A DNA stretch of 64,000 nt from an uncultured Verrucomicrobiae bacterium (GCA_963762565.1 CAVXLD010000004.1:32001-96000), one strand, 5' to 3'; shown: positions 30,930 through 41,657, counted from the first letter of the stretch. The notes: generated by a model not told the origin, from the letters alone. Program-made: numbers and translations.

Positions 30930-31077
30930 TTGCTCGGTTCTCCAGGGGAAACGTGGTGAACGAACACTAAAGTTGTGGGCCCGGCAAATAAAAGCGGAGG
31001 CAACCATGAAGCGCTGCCTTCCCGCGGCCGCGCATGCGCGTCAACATAAGGGCGCAGGCGTTGGCCGGCCCCTGACC

Positions 31078-31200
31078 GGGAGGGCGCGCGTCCTCGCGCG
31101 CCGCAAAGACGTGCCAAGCTTACAGACCTATTCCGATCACTCGACTGACAAACACGCTCGGCTTCGGGAACAACGGATCGCGGGGACGCGATCCCCTCCC
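31078..31200 (+). repeat. Family B element B4
   Basis: GGGAGGGCGCGCGTCCTCGCGCGCCG ... CGGATCGCGGGGACGCGATCCCCTCCC. Confidence 0.88.
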
Positions 31201-31249
31201 AGCGCTGGGTCCGGCACGTGCCACGCGGCCGCGGGAAGGCATCGCTCCA

Positions 31250-34200
31250 CTACTGCAGCAGACTGGCGATTTCCTCGACGGAAAGGCCGGTCATCATCGG
31301 TTCTTCGCTCTCCACGGTTGCATCGATGATTTCGCGTTTTTTCTTTTGCAGATCCAAGATCTTTTCTTCGACCGTGCCGCGAGTGATCAGCTTGTATGAA
31401 GTGACAACCTGGGTCTGGCCAATGCGGTGCGCGCGATCGGTAGCTTGATCTTCGACCGCGGGGTTCCACCAGGGATCAACATGCAGGACCGTGTCGGCAG
31501 CCGACAGATTCAGACCGACGCCGCCGGCTTTCAAACTGATCAAGAAAACCGGTATTTCTGCACCCGATTGGAACTGGTCAACCACAGCGGCACGATTCTT
31601 AGTTTCGCCATCCAGATAACAATAGTTAATCCCATCGTTTTTTAGTTCCTCTTCGATCCGGCGCAGCATGCTGACAAACTGGCTGAAAACGAGCATGCGG
31701 TGGCCACCGTCCATTGCCTCTTCCATGAGCTCCATCAGTAAATCTAATTTCCCCGACCGGGTTTCCGGCGTTTGACCCAATAAGCGGAGATCGCCGCAAA
31801 CCTGCCGCAAACGAAGTAACACGGTGAGCATAGCAACCCGAGCGGCGCCGCTTTTCTTCTCACTGGCGAGTGTCTCGACTTTCTGACGGCCCTCTCGTTG
31901 CAGCTTGGCGTAGAGTTCCCGTTGTTCAGCGGTGAGATCACAAAAAGCGACTTGCTCGATCTTGGCGGGGAGGTCGCGCGCCACTTCTTGTTTCAGCCGG
32001 CGCAACATGACCGGCCGGAGCCTTTTGGCCAATCGTTCACGCTCCGGCTGCGAACCACGGGTAATTGGCAGCTCATAACGTTCCCTGAATTCGTCCCGGT
32101 CCCCTAGATAACCGGGCAACGCGAAATTCATGATCGACCAAAGATCGCGTACTGAATTTTCCACCGGAGTGCCAGTCAGCACGAACCGGTGATTTGCTCG
32201 GAGCGCCATGGCCGCTTGCGCGTTTTGAGTGTCCGGATTTTTGATATGGGTCGCTTCATCTAATACCACTGCCCCAAAATGAAAGTCGCGGTATAGGCCA
32301 GAATCTCTCCGCAGCAACGGATAGCTGGTTAGCACAAGATTATGCTGGGAAAGTTCGTTGAAGCGGGCGTGCCGATCACCCCCCTCCAGTGTCAGCAGCT
32401 TCAATTCAGGAACGAACCGAGCCGCTTCCCGGCGCCAGTTAAATAGCAAGGAAGCCGGGCACACAATCAACGAAGTACCCGCGACGGTTCTGAGAAACGC
32501 GAGCATTTGCACGGTTTTTCCTAAGCCCATTTCATCCGCCAAAATTCCGCCCAACCGGTTCTCAGCCAGAAAATGAAGCCAATAAACGCCTTCTTTCTGG
32601 TAAGGGCGAAGCACGGTCTCAAGCGAACCGAGTGGCTGCGTTTGCAGCGGCTTTAACTGTTGCTGCGATTCGGTCCACTGACGCCACTCCGTCGTCGCGC
32701 CAATTGTCGCCCCAAGATCTCGGGCCGCACCGTCGATGAACCCTGCTTGCGCACGCGAGATGCGGTACCGGCCCGGTTGAAACTGAGTCGGATAGCAGTC
32801 CTGGATAATATTGCGGAACTCCTCCAATTTGCCGGGGTCAAATACCGCCAGCGTACCATCCCGGAGCTTGGTAAATCCTTGCCCGACCTGCAGTAACCGT
32901 TGGATATCACCGCCCGAAAAACGGTCGCCGCGTTCAGACTCAAGGCTATACGACAGTTCAAACCAATCTTCTCCGGAGCTGACTACATCCAGTTTCGGCG
33001 TAATCCGCTCTAAACGCTGGGTCACATTTTGGAACCGCGAACCGATCGAGACTTTCCATTTTTTCTGTAGTTCAGGAAGAACGACTGCGAAAAACCGCAG
33101 GATCGGATTTTGTCCCTGTAATACGAAGTCGCCCATGGTGCTGGGTCCTTGAAAGCCGGCCTCACGCAAGGTCCCGGCCGCGTTTTGTTCGAACCCGATA
33201 TTCCTTGAATACGTTTTTGAATCGAATTCGTAGACAAAGGTCTCGGTTGCCGGTGTCGCTCCGAAAGTCACCATGCGCTTGCCGTACAGGAATTGAAGTT
33301 TGGCGGTGAGATGATTGAGCGAACCCTCGAACGTGCCAAAGATCTCAGGCTTACCCGGCTCGGAAACCTTAATATCAACGTGGCCTTCGATTTCAAAAAA
33401 GGCTGCCAAGGACGGCAGTTCTCGGAGGATAAAGCCTTCGCTTTGATCCGCCGCCAGAATCACCGGTTCCAACAGCACTTGGAAATAGGCGCTGGATAGT
33501 CCTGGAGCCACCGGGCGAAACTGATTCTCCGCCCATTGCCATACACTGCTAATGCCCACCAGAAGAGCTCGCGACGGGTTCGCGAGGCCGACTTCAGTGC
33601 TGAGTTTCAGACGGCGATCGGCTAGCTCCTCAACTTTAAGCCGAGGTTTAATTTCGTCATCGCGGACCGATACCGATGTGGTTCGCCCAAGCGTCAGTCT
33701 CGGGTGTTGAACCAGGAGCCCCAACACTTCCAGAAATTGGTTCCGCGAAAGTGTCAGCATACCTGGCAGCCGTCCATCGGCATAGTTCCGCAAGCCTTCC
33801 AAGGCGCGGAAATCCATCTCAGCGCAAGAATAAGAACGCTCGTTAGAAAGCGCGCTCGCTAACACCCTCTTCCCTCCAGTCTCAACTTCGCACCCGATCA
33901 TCACCTGGTTCCGGTCCCAGCCGTTGAGGAAGGTGGGCGGCAAGATGAAATACGCTTCAATCCGGTTTTCGGTTCCGTCCAACTTTAGAACCGGCTTCAC
34001 TTCGCGTGGTGGAGCCGGCGTTTGAGCTGGCGCTGCGACCGCTGGTTTGGGCCGGATGAAAGCAAGACCGACGGCTAGAGAATGCGCACAGATTGTCCCC
34101 CAGTCTCGCGACTCGCGGCAAGAACAGAGGTTTTCGATATCAGTCTTCGTCCGGATCTTAAGGCCCGCCCGATACTCAGTCGTTCCTTCACGCACCAAAC

Positions 34201-34330
34201 CCCGAAGCACGGGCGAATTGTAGGCTGCGCTCACCACTCTCCCCATCTCAAGCAGCGCCCGAGCGTGTTTCATCGCTTGCCACCCTCCGGTATCCATCAA
34301 GAAACGCTCGGTGATTTCGATCCGATCCAT
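31250..34330 (-). CDS. SWIM zinc finger-SNF2 family helicase/ATPase
   Basis: CSC...CAH SWIM motif; LADEMGLGKT, LDEA, LTGTPVEN, SLKAGGVGLNL, DRAHRIGQ. Confidence 0.95.
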   Translation of the reverse strand: MDRIEITERFLMDTGGWQAMKHARALLEMGRVVSAAYNSPVLRGLVREGTTEYRAGLKIRTKTDIENLCSCRESRDWGTICAHSLAVGLAFIRPKPAVAAPAQTPAPPREVKPVLKLDGTENRIEAYFILPPTFLNGWDRNQVMIGCEVETGGKRVLASALSNERSYSCAEMDFRALEGLRNYADGRLPGMLTLSRNQFLEVLGLLVQHPRLTLGRTTSVSVRDDEIKPRLKVEELADRRLKLSTEVGLANPSRALLVGISSVWQWAENQFRPVAPGLSSAYFQVLLEPVILAADQSEGFILRELPSLAAFFEIEGHVDIKVSEPGKPEIFGTFEGSLNHLTAKLQFLYGKRMVTFGATPATETFVYEFDSKTYSRNIGFEQNAAGTLREAGFQGPSTMGDFVLQGQNPILRFFAVVLPELQKKWKVSIGSRFQNVTQRLERITPKLDVVSSGEDWFELSYSLESERGDRFSGGDIQRLLQVGQGFTKLRDGTLAVFDPGKLEEFRNIIQDCYPTQFQPGRYRISRAQAGFIDGAARDLGATIGATTEWRQWTESQQQLKPLQTQPLGSLETVLRPYQKEGVYWLHFLAENRLGGILADEMGLGKTVQMLAFLRTVAGTSLIVCPASLLFNWRREAARFVPELKLLTLEGGDRHARFNELSQHNLVLTSYPLLRRDSGLYRDFHFGAVVLDEATHIKNPDTQNAQAAMALRANHRFVLTGTPVENSVRDLWSIMNFALPGYLGDRDEFRERYELPITRGSQPERERLAKRLRPVMLRRLKQEVARDLPAKIEQVAFCDLTAEQRELYAKLQREGRQKVETLASEKKSGAARVAMLTVLLRLRQVCGDLRLLGQTPETRSGKLDLLMELMEEAMDGGHRMLVFSQFVSMLRRIEEELKNDGINYCYLDGETKNRAAVVDQFQSGAEIPVFLISLKAGGVGLNLSAADTVLHVDPWWNPAVEDQATDRAHRIGQTQVVTSYKLITRGTVEEKILDLQKKKREIIDATVESEEPMMTGLSVEEIASLLQ

Positions 34331-34354
34331 ATGTGTCTAAGGTCAACAGCAATT

Positions 34355-34450
34355 GGTAGGGCGAGGCTCCGGAAAGAGCACACGACCGTCGCAGGGGCGA
34401 AAGATGTCTCGTCGCTATAGAGGATGCAACACCGGAACGCTGCCGAGCCG
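34355..34450 (+). repeat. Family A single long-loop REP (A6)
   Basis: GGTAGGGCGAGGCTCCGGAA ... GCTGCCGAGCC in the divergent promoter region. Confidence 0.78.
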
Positions 34451-34509
34451 GGGCGACTCGAAAGATTCTCCTTTGCTTGTTACCTCCCTGGAACCAAACT
34501 AGCTGTTCG

Positions 34510-35313
34510 ATGAAACTCTTCGCGGTTGCCAACCAGAAAGGGGGCGTGGGTAAGACAACCACGGCAGTGAACCTTTCGGCCTGCTTAGCGGAGAAAGGCA
34601 AGCGCGTATTACTGATCGACTTGGATCCTCAGGCTAACGCCACCAGCGCGATCGGCTTCGAGAATGGTGTTGGCAATAGCATTTATCCTGCGCTCATCGG
34701 TTATGCCAAGGTCGAAGACAAGATTGCCATAACCCGGTACAAGGGGCTTTCTCTGGTCCCCGGAGACCTCGATTTAGCAGGAGCAGAAGTCGAGGTTGCT
34801 CGTCTGGAAGATCATCTTACCCGCCTGAGAGTGGCGACCCGGTCGATGCTATCCCAAAGCGCATTCGATTATGCTTTTCTGGATTGTCCCCCATCCTTGG
34901 GCATTCTCATGACCAATGCTTTGGCAGCAGCCGATCAACTGATCATTCCTTTGCAATGCGAATATTTTGCCTTGGAAGGTCTCTCCAAGATTGTTCACGT
35001 CATCGAACAGATCCGGGCGGTGAATCCGTCGCTTACGATTGCCGGGATCGTGATGACCATGTTCGACGGCCGCACCAATCTGAGCCAACAAGTCGTCGAC
35101 GAAGTACGGAATCACTTCAAGAAACTGGTTTTTCAAACGATTATCCCGCGTTCGGTTCGACTGGGTGAAGCGCCAAGCTTCGGTAAACCCATCATCGAAT
35201 ATGACCCAAATGGAATTGGGGCCATCTCCTATCGAGCGCTGGCGATAGAGTTTCTAAATCGTGACCTTGGTAACGAATCGTTCACGCAAGCGCCCGGTAT
35301 CGCCGCGATGTGA
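34510..35313 (+). CDS. parA: ParA/Soj family ATPase
   Basis: ANQKGGVGKTTT, DLDPQANAT, DCPPSLG, QCEYFALEG, EAPSFG. Confidence 0.93.
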   Translation: MKLFAVANQKGGVGKTTTAVNLSACLAEKGKRVLLIDLDPQANATSAIGFENGVGNSIYPALIGYAKVEDKIAITRYKGLSLVPGDLDLAGAEVEVARLEDHLTRLRVATRSMLSQSAFDYAFLDCPPSLGILMTNALAAADQLIIPLQCEYFALEGLSKIVHVIEQIRAVNPSLTIAGIVMTMFDGRTNLSQQVVDEVRNHFKKLVFQTIIPRSVRLGEAPSFGKPIIEYDPNGIGAISYRALAIEFLNRDLGNESFTQAPGIAAM

Positions 35314-35351
35314 TAGGCGAAACAGGCGAAACTCGCCTGAGGCTCGTTCGC

Positions 35352-35447
35352 ATGACAGATAACAAATCACAAATGACAGATCGGCTTCAGGTCGCCGGTT
35401 TGACGCAATATTTGTCATTTGTCATCTGTCATCTGTCGTTTGTCATG
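35352..35447. repeat. Palindromic ATGACAA/TTGTCAT heptamer array
   Basis: ATGACAGATAACAAATCACAAATGACAGA ... TTTGTCATTTGTCATCTGTCATCTGTCGTTTGTCAT. Confidence 0.8.
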
Positions 35448-35543
35448 GGAGCGAGCCTCAGGCGAGCTCCGCTGCTTTCGCGGCTAAAAAAAGTTGAGCA
35501 TTTTGGTGGAAAAATGATTGCCCTACTAAATAAGTAGGGTATT

Positions 35544-36059
35544 ATGCGCCCAATGAAAGCGTTCCCCCACGATTCTTCCACGGCCCTCGTTGCCCAAAGC
35601 CGGGACAATGCTTTTCGGCTGACGGTTGCTGGTCTCGCTAGCCGCACCCATCAATTTAACCTGCAAGACCTTCGTTTGAATTTCAGCGAACGATCTTTTG
35701 GCGGCCGGCAAGGTGACCGTTTTTCAGCGACCGAAGAATCGTGGCAAGGCTGCTCCCTAAACGAGCTGATCGAGTTCGTTGGCGTATCCGGCCAAGCTCA
35801 TTATATCGAGTTCGTTTGTTCGCAGTCCGTTCCGGATAGAGCTTTTTCGGTCCCGATCGCAGATCTTGAGCACCAAGAGATCGGGCTGGTGTGGGAGCGG
35901 GACGGAGCATCTCTTTCAGCGGAGGACGGTGGGCCTCTGTTGGCGTTAATACCTGGATTGGACGGGTATCAACCATTGCCGGGCGTGTCTCGGATCAATC
36001 TGGTGATCATTCCGTGTTCAGCTTATCGAGGTGGGTTCGATCCGGTGTTAGCAGCATGA
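35544..36059 (+). CDS. Molybdopterin-binding oxidoreductase-like domain protein, divergent
   Basis: FRLTVAG, WQGCSL, DGASLSAEDGGPLLALIPG resemble the sulfite oxidase/MsrP Mo-binding domain. Confidence 0.55.
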   Translation: MRPMKAFPHDSSTALVAQSRDNAFRLTVAGLASRTHQFNLQDLRLNFSERSFGGRQGDRFSATEESWQGCSLNELIEFVGVSGQAHYIEFVCSQSVPDRAFSVPIADLEHQEIGLVWERDGASLSAEDGGPLLALIPGLDGYQPLPGVSRINLVIIPCSAYRGGFDPVLAA

Positions 36060-36121
36060 CGTTGGGGAATCCTGGAGCGGCCTTGAGAGCGAGGCCGCTC
36101 CAGGTCAGGGAAAGAGGTTTT

Positions 36122-36328
36122 GGTAGGGCGAGGCTCCGGAATAGCCGGGAAGTGCTCGCAGCGCGCGATCCATTTCGTTGGTGTATCGGACGCGACACCT
36201 GAAAGCTGCCGAGCCGTGGGTGGCGCCACCCACGGCTCGGCAGCTCTTAGGCTTTGCGTCCCATGAACCACTGAAACGCCATTTCGCCTTGCGAATCTGT
36301 TTCGGTCATTCCGGAGCCTCGCCCTACC
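36122..36328. repeat. Family A long-loop REP doublet, copy A7
   Basis: GGTAGGGCGAGGCTCCGGAA ... GCTGCCGAGCCGTGGGTGGCGCCACCCACGGCTCGGCAGC ... TTCCGGAGCCTCGCCCTACC. Confidence 0.9.
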
Positions 36329-36381
36329 GGCTATACCTCTCGCATTGCAACTCTCTCAGCTGCGGTTAACCTGCAACGCAT

Positions 36382-37554
36382 ATGTTGTCTCGCAGTGCCG
36401 CCGTGGTTCTTTCGTGTTCTCTTCTTTTTCTTTCGAACGCCCACGCTAGCGATTTTCGAGGTGCTTGGGTCGCTTCTGTCTACAACCTCAACTTTCCCAG
36501 CCGGCCTGGCCTTTCAGCCGAGGAACAGGAACGGCAAATAGCCAGCATCGTTGAAACCGCGAAAAAAGCGGGCCTGAACGCGTTGATGATCCAAGTGCGG
36601 CCGGAAGGAGACGCGCTCTATCGTTCTGAGCTGGAGCCATGGAGCCGCTATTTGACCGGGGTTCAAGGCCAGTCTCCGGGCTACGATCCTTTGCAGGTTT
36701 TTCTGCAGGAAGGATCCCGCTATGGCATTGCGATTCATGCCTGGATCAATCCCTATCGGGCGGCCACTAATTCCAATCTACCGCGAGCCTCAGCCCATGA
36801 AGCGTACACTTTGAGCGGCGCCGTACGTCGAGTTGGTTCTTCACTCTGGCTCGACCCGGGTGATCCGGCCGTGCGCAAGCATGTGGCCGCCGTGGTCAGA
36901 GACTTGCTCGAACGTTATGCCGTCGCCGGCGTTATCCTGGATGATTATTTTTATCCGTATCCGTCGCGAGCAAATCCGCGGGGGTATTTTCCTGATAGCA
37001 ACACTTTCGCAAGGTATCGGTCCGAAGGTGGCACGCTGAGTCTGGACGATTGGCGTCGGCATAACGTCGATCTCCTGATTAGCGAACTCCATGAAACGGT
37101 AAAAGCCGTCCGGCCACACGCTTTGTTTGGAGTCAGCCCCTTTGGGATCTATACCCGGGGAGAACCTGCCTCGGTCCATGCGGAATTGGATCAATATCGC
37201 GATCTTTACGCCGATCCGGTGAAATGGATACGTGAAGGTTGGGTCGATTACCTCTCACCACAGCTTTATTGGCAAGACGCGGGCCCGCAAAGTTATTCGG
37301 CTTTACTGGCTTGGTGGCGCAGTCCCGCAGTGAATCCCCAGGGAGTTCCGATTTATCCTAGCATTACGCTGGACAAGCTCAGCAGTTGGCCCGCGAGTGA
37401 GATCGCACATCAACTTACCGTGGAGCGGACCATCAAACCCCGAGGTGACGGAGGCTTCATCATTTGGAATATGGGACCTCTAATGAGCAACCGAAAAGGC
37501 GTCGCCGGTGTGATCGAGCGAGGCGCAGGGACCGAAGTAGCCGTTGGACGGTAG
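36382..37554 (+). CDS. Exported glycoside hydrolase-like family 10 (YddW/DigH-like)
   Basis: FRGAWVASVYNLNFPS, QVRPEGDALY, HAWINPYR, DDYFYPY, DYLSPQLYW. Confidence 0.9.
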   Translation: MLSRSAAVVLSCSLLFLSNAHASDFRGAWVASVYNLNFPSRPGLSAEEQERQIASIVETAKKAGLNALMIQVRPEGDALYRSELEPWSRYLTGVQGQSPGYDPLQVFLQEGSRYGIAIHAWINPYRAATNSNLPRASAHEAYTLSGAVRRVGSSLWLDPGDPAVRKHVAAVVRDLLERYAVAGVILDDYFYPYPSRANPRGYFPDSNTFARYRSEGGTLSLDDWRRHNVDLLISELHETVKAVRPHALFGVSPFGIYTRGEPASVHAELDQYRDLYADPVKWIREGWVDYLSPQLYWQDAGPQSYSALLAWWRSPAVNPQGVPIYPSITLDKLSSWPASEIAHQLTVERTIKPRGDGGFIIWNMGPLMSNRKGVAGVIERGAGTEVAVGR

Positions 37555-37559
37555 GTACG

Positions 37560-37798
37560 CGTTTGGCGTTCGGCGTTTGGCGTGAGCAACTGTGGGCGTA
37601 GCCCAACGATGGCACAGGATGCCGCGAATCCGCTCCGCGACCGAATGGGACTTATAGGACCTATGGGACCTATGGGTCGTATCTCATTAGTCCCAGTAGT
37701 CCCATGGGTCCCATCCGTTCGAATCGCCCAACGCTCGCCCCCCGCGCCGAACGCCGAACGCCGAACGCCAAACGCCAAACGGCTAACGTCTAACGCGA
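37560..37798. repeat. Nested palindromic repeat cluster
   Basis: Outer (GGCGTTC/T)n ... (GAACGCC)n; inner (ATGGGACCT)n ... (AGTCCCAT)n. Confidence 0.82.
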
Positions 37799-37845
37799 AC
37801 GGTTTACCGACCGGTAATCTGTGCTTATCGTAGTTTTATTACGCT

Positions 37846-38829
37846 ATGGACTTCGTATCTCTAGGAAACACTGGATTAAAAGTATCGCGGATCTGTCTGG
37901 GGTGCATGAGTTATGGCACCTCGAAATGGAGGGACTGGGTTCTCGATGAAGATGCCTCTTTCCCTTTCTACGGACAGGCGCTGGATGCCGGCATTAATTT
38001 TTTCGATACGGCCGACATCTATTCTAACGGCGTCAGCGAAGAAGTAACCGGCCGAGCACTAAAGAAGTTTGGAGTGCATCGCGAGGAAGTGGTGATCGCA
38101 ACCAAGGTGTACAGTCCCATGGGAGAGACCCCTAACGAACGGGGCACTTCCAAAAAACACATTCGTCATGCCATCGACGCCAGTCTGCGACGGCTCGGGG
38201 TCGATTATGTGGATCTTTATCAGATTCATCGTAACGACCGTACCACCCCAATCGAAGAGACCCTCGAAGCTCTCACTGACGTGGTTCAGCAAGGAAAGGC
38301 GTTATACGTCGGCGCATCCAGCATGTACGCCTGGGAATTCGCCAAATACTTGTACGCAGCCGATACCCACGGCTATGCCCGGTTCGTTACGATGCAAAAC
38401 CACTACAATCTGATTTACCGCGAAGAGGAACGGGAGATGATTCCGCTCTGCCGAGAGGAAAAAGTCGGCCTCATCCCATGGAGTCCGTTAGCACGTGGCT
38501 TTTTGACTGGGACTCGTAGTCGCGGGGATAAAGGAGACACCACCAGAGCCAAGAGCGATGATTTCGCCCATCGGATGTACTATCAGGAAAGCGATTATGT
38601 AGTGGTCGATCGGCTCGCCGAACTGGCCAAGAAACATGGGATTCCGAACGCACAAATCGCTTTGGCTTGGATGTTACATAAACCAGGCGTCACCTCACCC
38701 ATTATCGGAGCGACAAAACCGCATCACATCGAGGACGCAGTCAAAGCATCGGAACTCAAGCTCAGTGACGAGGAAATCAAATACCTCGAGGAACCTTACC
38801 AGCCGCATCCAGTGCTAGGGTTTGCATAA
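37846..38829 (+). CDS. Aldo/keto reductase (YajO-like)
   Basis: LGCMSYG, FFDTADIYS, DLYQIHR, MQNHYNL, PWSPLARG. Confidence 0.93.
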   Translation: MDFVSLGNTGLKVSRICLGCMSYGTSKWRDWVLDEDASFPFYGQALDAGINFFDTADIYSNGVSEEVTGRALKKFGVHREEVVIATKVYSPMGETPNERGTSKKHIRHAIDASLRRLGVDYVDLYQIHRNDRTTPIEETLEALTDVVQQGKALYVGASSMYAWEFAKYLYAADTHGYARFVTMQNHYNLIYREEEREMIPLCREEKVGLIPWSPLARGFLTGTRSRGDKGDTTRAKSDDFAHRMYYQESDYVVVDRLAELAKKHGIPNAQIALAWMLHKPGVTSPIIGATKPHHIEDAVKASELKLSDEEIKYLEEPYQPHPVLGFA

Positions 38830-38855
38830 AAAGAGGGCGAAGCGCAGCCATATTT

Positions 38856-39141
38856 GGTGGGGCGAGGCTCCCTCATGCTGAAAGAGCCTCGCAAAGCGGT
38901 TGATCCTCAATCATCGCCGGTCCTCAACTCCGAAAAACTGCCGAGCCGCTGGCCCAGCACATACATCACCCACCGCTTACCAGGAACGTCCCACAAATCT
39001 TGATAAGACTAGGCGGCATTAACCCGTTCGAATCGCGCAACACCGCGACTCGGCAAGCGTTCCAGTCTAACAGAACCGTAGGGCCTGTCCCGGACTGAAC
39101 CCTTCGCGGAAGAGTTGGGTTCTACGGGAGCCGCGCCTACC
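38856..39141. repeat. Family A doublet, degenerate copy A8
   Basis: GGTGGGGCGAGGCTCC ... CTGCCGAGCCG ... GACTCGGCA ... GGGAGCCGCGCCTACC. Confidence 0.72.
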
Positions 39142-39148
39142 AAGTTCT

Positions 39149-40135
39149 TCACACCGTTACCACGATCTTGCCGATCTGGTCGTTGGACTCCATATAACGG
39201 TGTGCTTCTACGATCTCTTCCAGCTTGAAGGTTTTTGCGATGATCGGTTTAAGCGCACCAGCGGTTAACCCTTCGATGACAAATTTTCTGGCCCGAGCAG
39301 AACGCTCCGGGTCCTTGTGAATCTCGAAAATAGTGTAGCCGCGAATGCTGAGGCCTTTCCGAAGCCCTCCAAACAACGGATACGGGGTTGGTCGAGGATC
39401 CAACGCGCCGTATTCCATAATCGTTGCTTGGTAACCAGCCGCTTCCGCCAGCGTTTCCAGGCCTGGGCCGGCGATCGGATCAAAGGCGAGAGCGAATCCC
39501 TTTCCGCCGGTAATTTCTTCAACCCGGCCGACGAGATCTTCGCTTCCCGTGTTGATCACAAAATCGGCTCCTGCATCCAACAGCCCCTCTGCTTTCGCTT
39601 TGTTTCGAGTTGTGGCGATCGAGGTTGCGCCCACGAGTTTCGCGATCTGAATCGCGGCCAAGCCGACGCTGCTGGCGGCAGCCGTGATCAAGAAATGTTG
39701 CCCTTTCTTCAAACCGCCAAACTCGACGACGCCATAGGCGGTTAGGTACTGCATCCAGATCGAGGTGCCTTCGACCGCCGACAGACGCTGGGGATAAGGC
39801 GCAAGCGCGTAGGCCGGCAAAACCGCGTATTCGCCGTAAGTACCGTATTCGTTCATATGGAAGGCAGGGATCGAACTGACGCGGTCACCCGGTTTCAGGT
39901 CAGTCACTCCCGGTCCAACGGACTCGATGATCCCCGACGCTTCATACCCGATTAGCGCCGGCAAAACCGGTTGATCAATGTATTTGCCGGTGCGGAACAT
40001 CACCTCAGCGCGATTTAGGCCGATTGCCTCGACCTTCAGCAAAGCTTCGCCTTCTCCGGGCTGCGGCTTTGGTAACTCTTCCAGTTTCAATACGCTAGCA
40101 TCGCCGACCTCATGAAAACGAACGATCTTTGGCAT
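39149..40135 (-). CDS. MDR-family NADPH:quinone oxidoreductase-like protein
   Basis: [36 protein letters not shown]. Confidence 0.9.
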   Translation of the reverse strand: MPKIVRFHEVGDASVLKLEELPKPQPGEGEALLKVEAIGLNRAEVMFRTGKYIDQPVLPALIGYEASGIIESVGPGVTDLKPGDRVSSIPAFHMNEYGTYGEYAVLPAYALAPYPQRLSAVEGTSIWMQYLTAYGVVEFGGLKKGQHFLITAAASSVGLAAIQIAKLVGATSIATTRNKAKAEGLLDAGADFVINTGSEDLVGRVEEITGGKGFALAFDPIAGPGLETLAEAAGYQATIMEYGALDPRPTPYPLFGGLRKGLSIRGYTIFEIHKDPERSARARKFVIEGLTAGALKPIIAKTFKLEEIVEAHRYMESNDQIGKIVVTV

Positions 40136-40220
40136 ATAAAAATTTTGTTGTTAGCTGTGTCCCTCAGGATAGAGCGTGGAGAGAGAGGTGCAAATGCGGG
40201 TGGCTGTGGTTTCTCGGATC

Positions 40221-40535
40221 GGGGAGGGCGCGCTGCCCCGCGCGCCGCGACGACGTTCCACCACCCAGCGGCGTATTTTCTTCCAGGATCAGAACACGTC
40301 CCCGGTTTCGGTCACCACTTCGTTCTTGGGTTGAGTGCAAGGCCCATCGCCCGGGAGGGATCGCGTCCTCGCGATCAGTTGTTACCGAAGCCGAGGACGT
40401 GTTGTGACCGCGGAAGAAAATACGCCGCCGGGTGGTGGCACGTTCTCGCGGCGCGCGGGGATCCGACGTCGCCCCGTTGGCAGAAAAATCGATCGCATGC
40501 CTTAGGCTATGTCGGACAGGCAGCGCGCCCTCCCC
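40221..40535. repeat. Inverted pair of family B elements (B5), the right one with family C insert at 40462-40520
   Basis: Truncated + copy 40221-40318 facing a complete - copy 40353-40535; internal regions are reverse-complementary. Confidence 0.85.
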
Positions 40536-40544
40536 GAATCCCCT

Positions 40545-41555
40545 CTACCGTACTACGGTGAACGCGATTCCCTGCACGGTGGCGCGCCGGCGCCGGTTCA
40601 AGATGGTTACCGACGGAACTTCGCCAAATAGACGCCGATACGCGGCCGAGAACCGGCCAAAGTGATAAAAACCCCAACGTGTAGCCACCCCAGTCACGCT
40701 CACGTTTCGGACGTCCGCCCGAAGAAGCTCGAAGCGTGCGGCATTCAACCGGGCTAGCTGCGACCAAGTTCGGGGCGATACCCCGTACGCCTCTTTGAAG
40801 AGCATCTCGATACTGCGCTCGCTCATGTGAGTGGCGTGACATAGCGCCCGGCTACTGAACGGCCGATCCATGTGTTCTCTCAGATATTCTTCCGCGCGCC
40901 GCATCGCTCCATAACGATACCCGGCAAAACTGGTCAGACTTCGCCCAGGTGCATCGCCAGTACTGGCGATTGCTCGAACAAATTCGTTTACAACCTCTTC
41001 GCACAAGCTGTTCGCACCAGGGCCCGCCAAGGTTTCCGGATTGCTAAGGTCGCTTAAGGCCAGTTCGATGGCGGATGAAACGCCCCGGGCTTCATCACGG
41101 ACCCGAAAGTTGGTGGTTCCCTTCTCCGGCAGCTCCAAAGGCTGGCCGGTCAGAAGCATGGCAATATCTTGAAGTTCTTTTCGATCGGTGAGAACGACTT
41201 GCCAGCTTGTGTGCGGCGCATTGCGGAACTGGAGCTCGGTCCCTTCCGCGAAACACATGATCTCCCCTCTTCCTATATTGAATCCATTGCACCAAGCCGG
41301 CCTTTCAATGCGAGGGGTGAATCCGAGACAGATCTGATCGACAGAAAATTGTCCGTTCACAGCAAACGCGGGGTCATAGTCACCACAATCGACTGACGAG
41401 TTACCGAAGACGATGCGCCGGTGGCGAACATCGAAGCTGCCGCCTTCTAGTAACCGATGATCGAAGCGGCCATCACGAATCACTTCTAATAGGGTTTCCG
41501 GATCGAAGGTCTCGATCCGCCTATCCACAAAGCCACATTGCTCGGTACGTAGCAT
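40545..41555 (-). CDS. AraC-family transcriptional regulator (EutR-like)
   Basis: C-terminal double HTH: SERSIEMLFKEAYGVSP, VATRWGFYHFGRFSAAYRRLFGEVPS. Confidence 0.9.
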   Translation of the reverse strand: MLRTEQCGFVDRRIETFDPETLLEVIRDGRFDHRLLEGGSFDVRHRRIVFGNSSVDCGDYDPAFAVNGQFSVDQICLGFTPRIERPAWCNGFNIGRGEIMCFAEGTELQFRNAPHTSWQVVLTDRKELQDIAMLLTGQPLELPEKGTTNFRVRDEARGVSSAIELALSDLSNPETLAGPGANSLCEEVVNEFVRAIASTGDAPGRSLTSFAGYRYGAMRRAEEYLREHMDRPFSSRALCHATHMSERSIEMLFKEAYGVSPRTWSQLARLNAARFELLRADVRNVSVTGVATRWGFYHFGRFSAAYRRLFGEVPSVTILNRRRRATVQGIAFTVVR

Positions 41556-41657
41556 GCAGTCGCTCCGAAAGAAGAATCCCAAGAAACAAACCCCAAAGAG
41601 CCGCGAAGCAACTTCCAGATGAGCGCAATTTGTTCTAAGGTCAAGCTCAATCCGTGG

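Noticed and set aside
31250..34330. SNF2 helicase as part of an anti-phage system
   Set aside because: SWIM-SNF2 housekeeping type, with no DNA methylase, nuclease or other defence neighbours. The nearby methyltransferase is a small-molecule O-methyltransferase.
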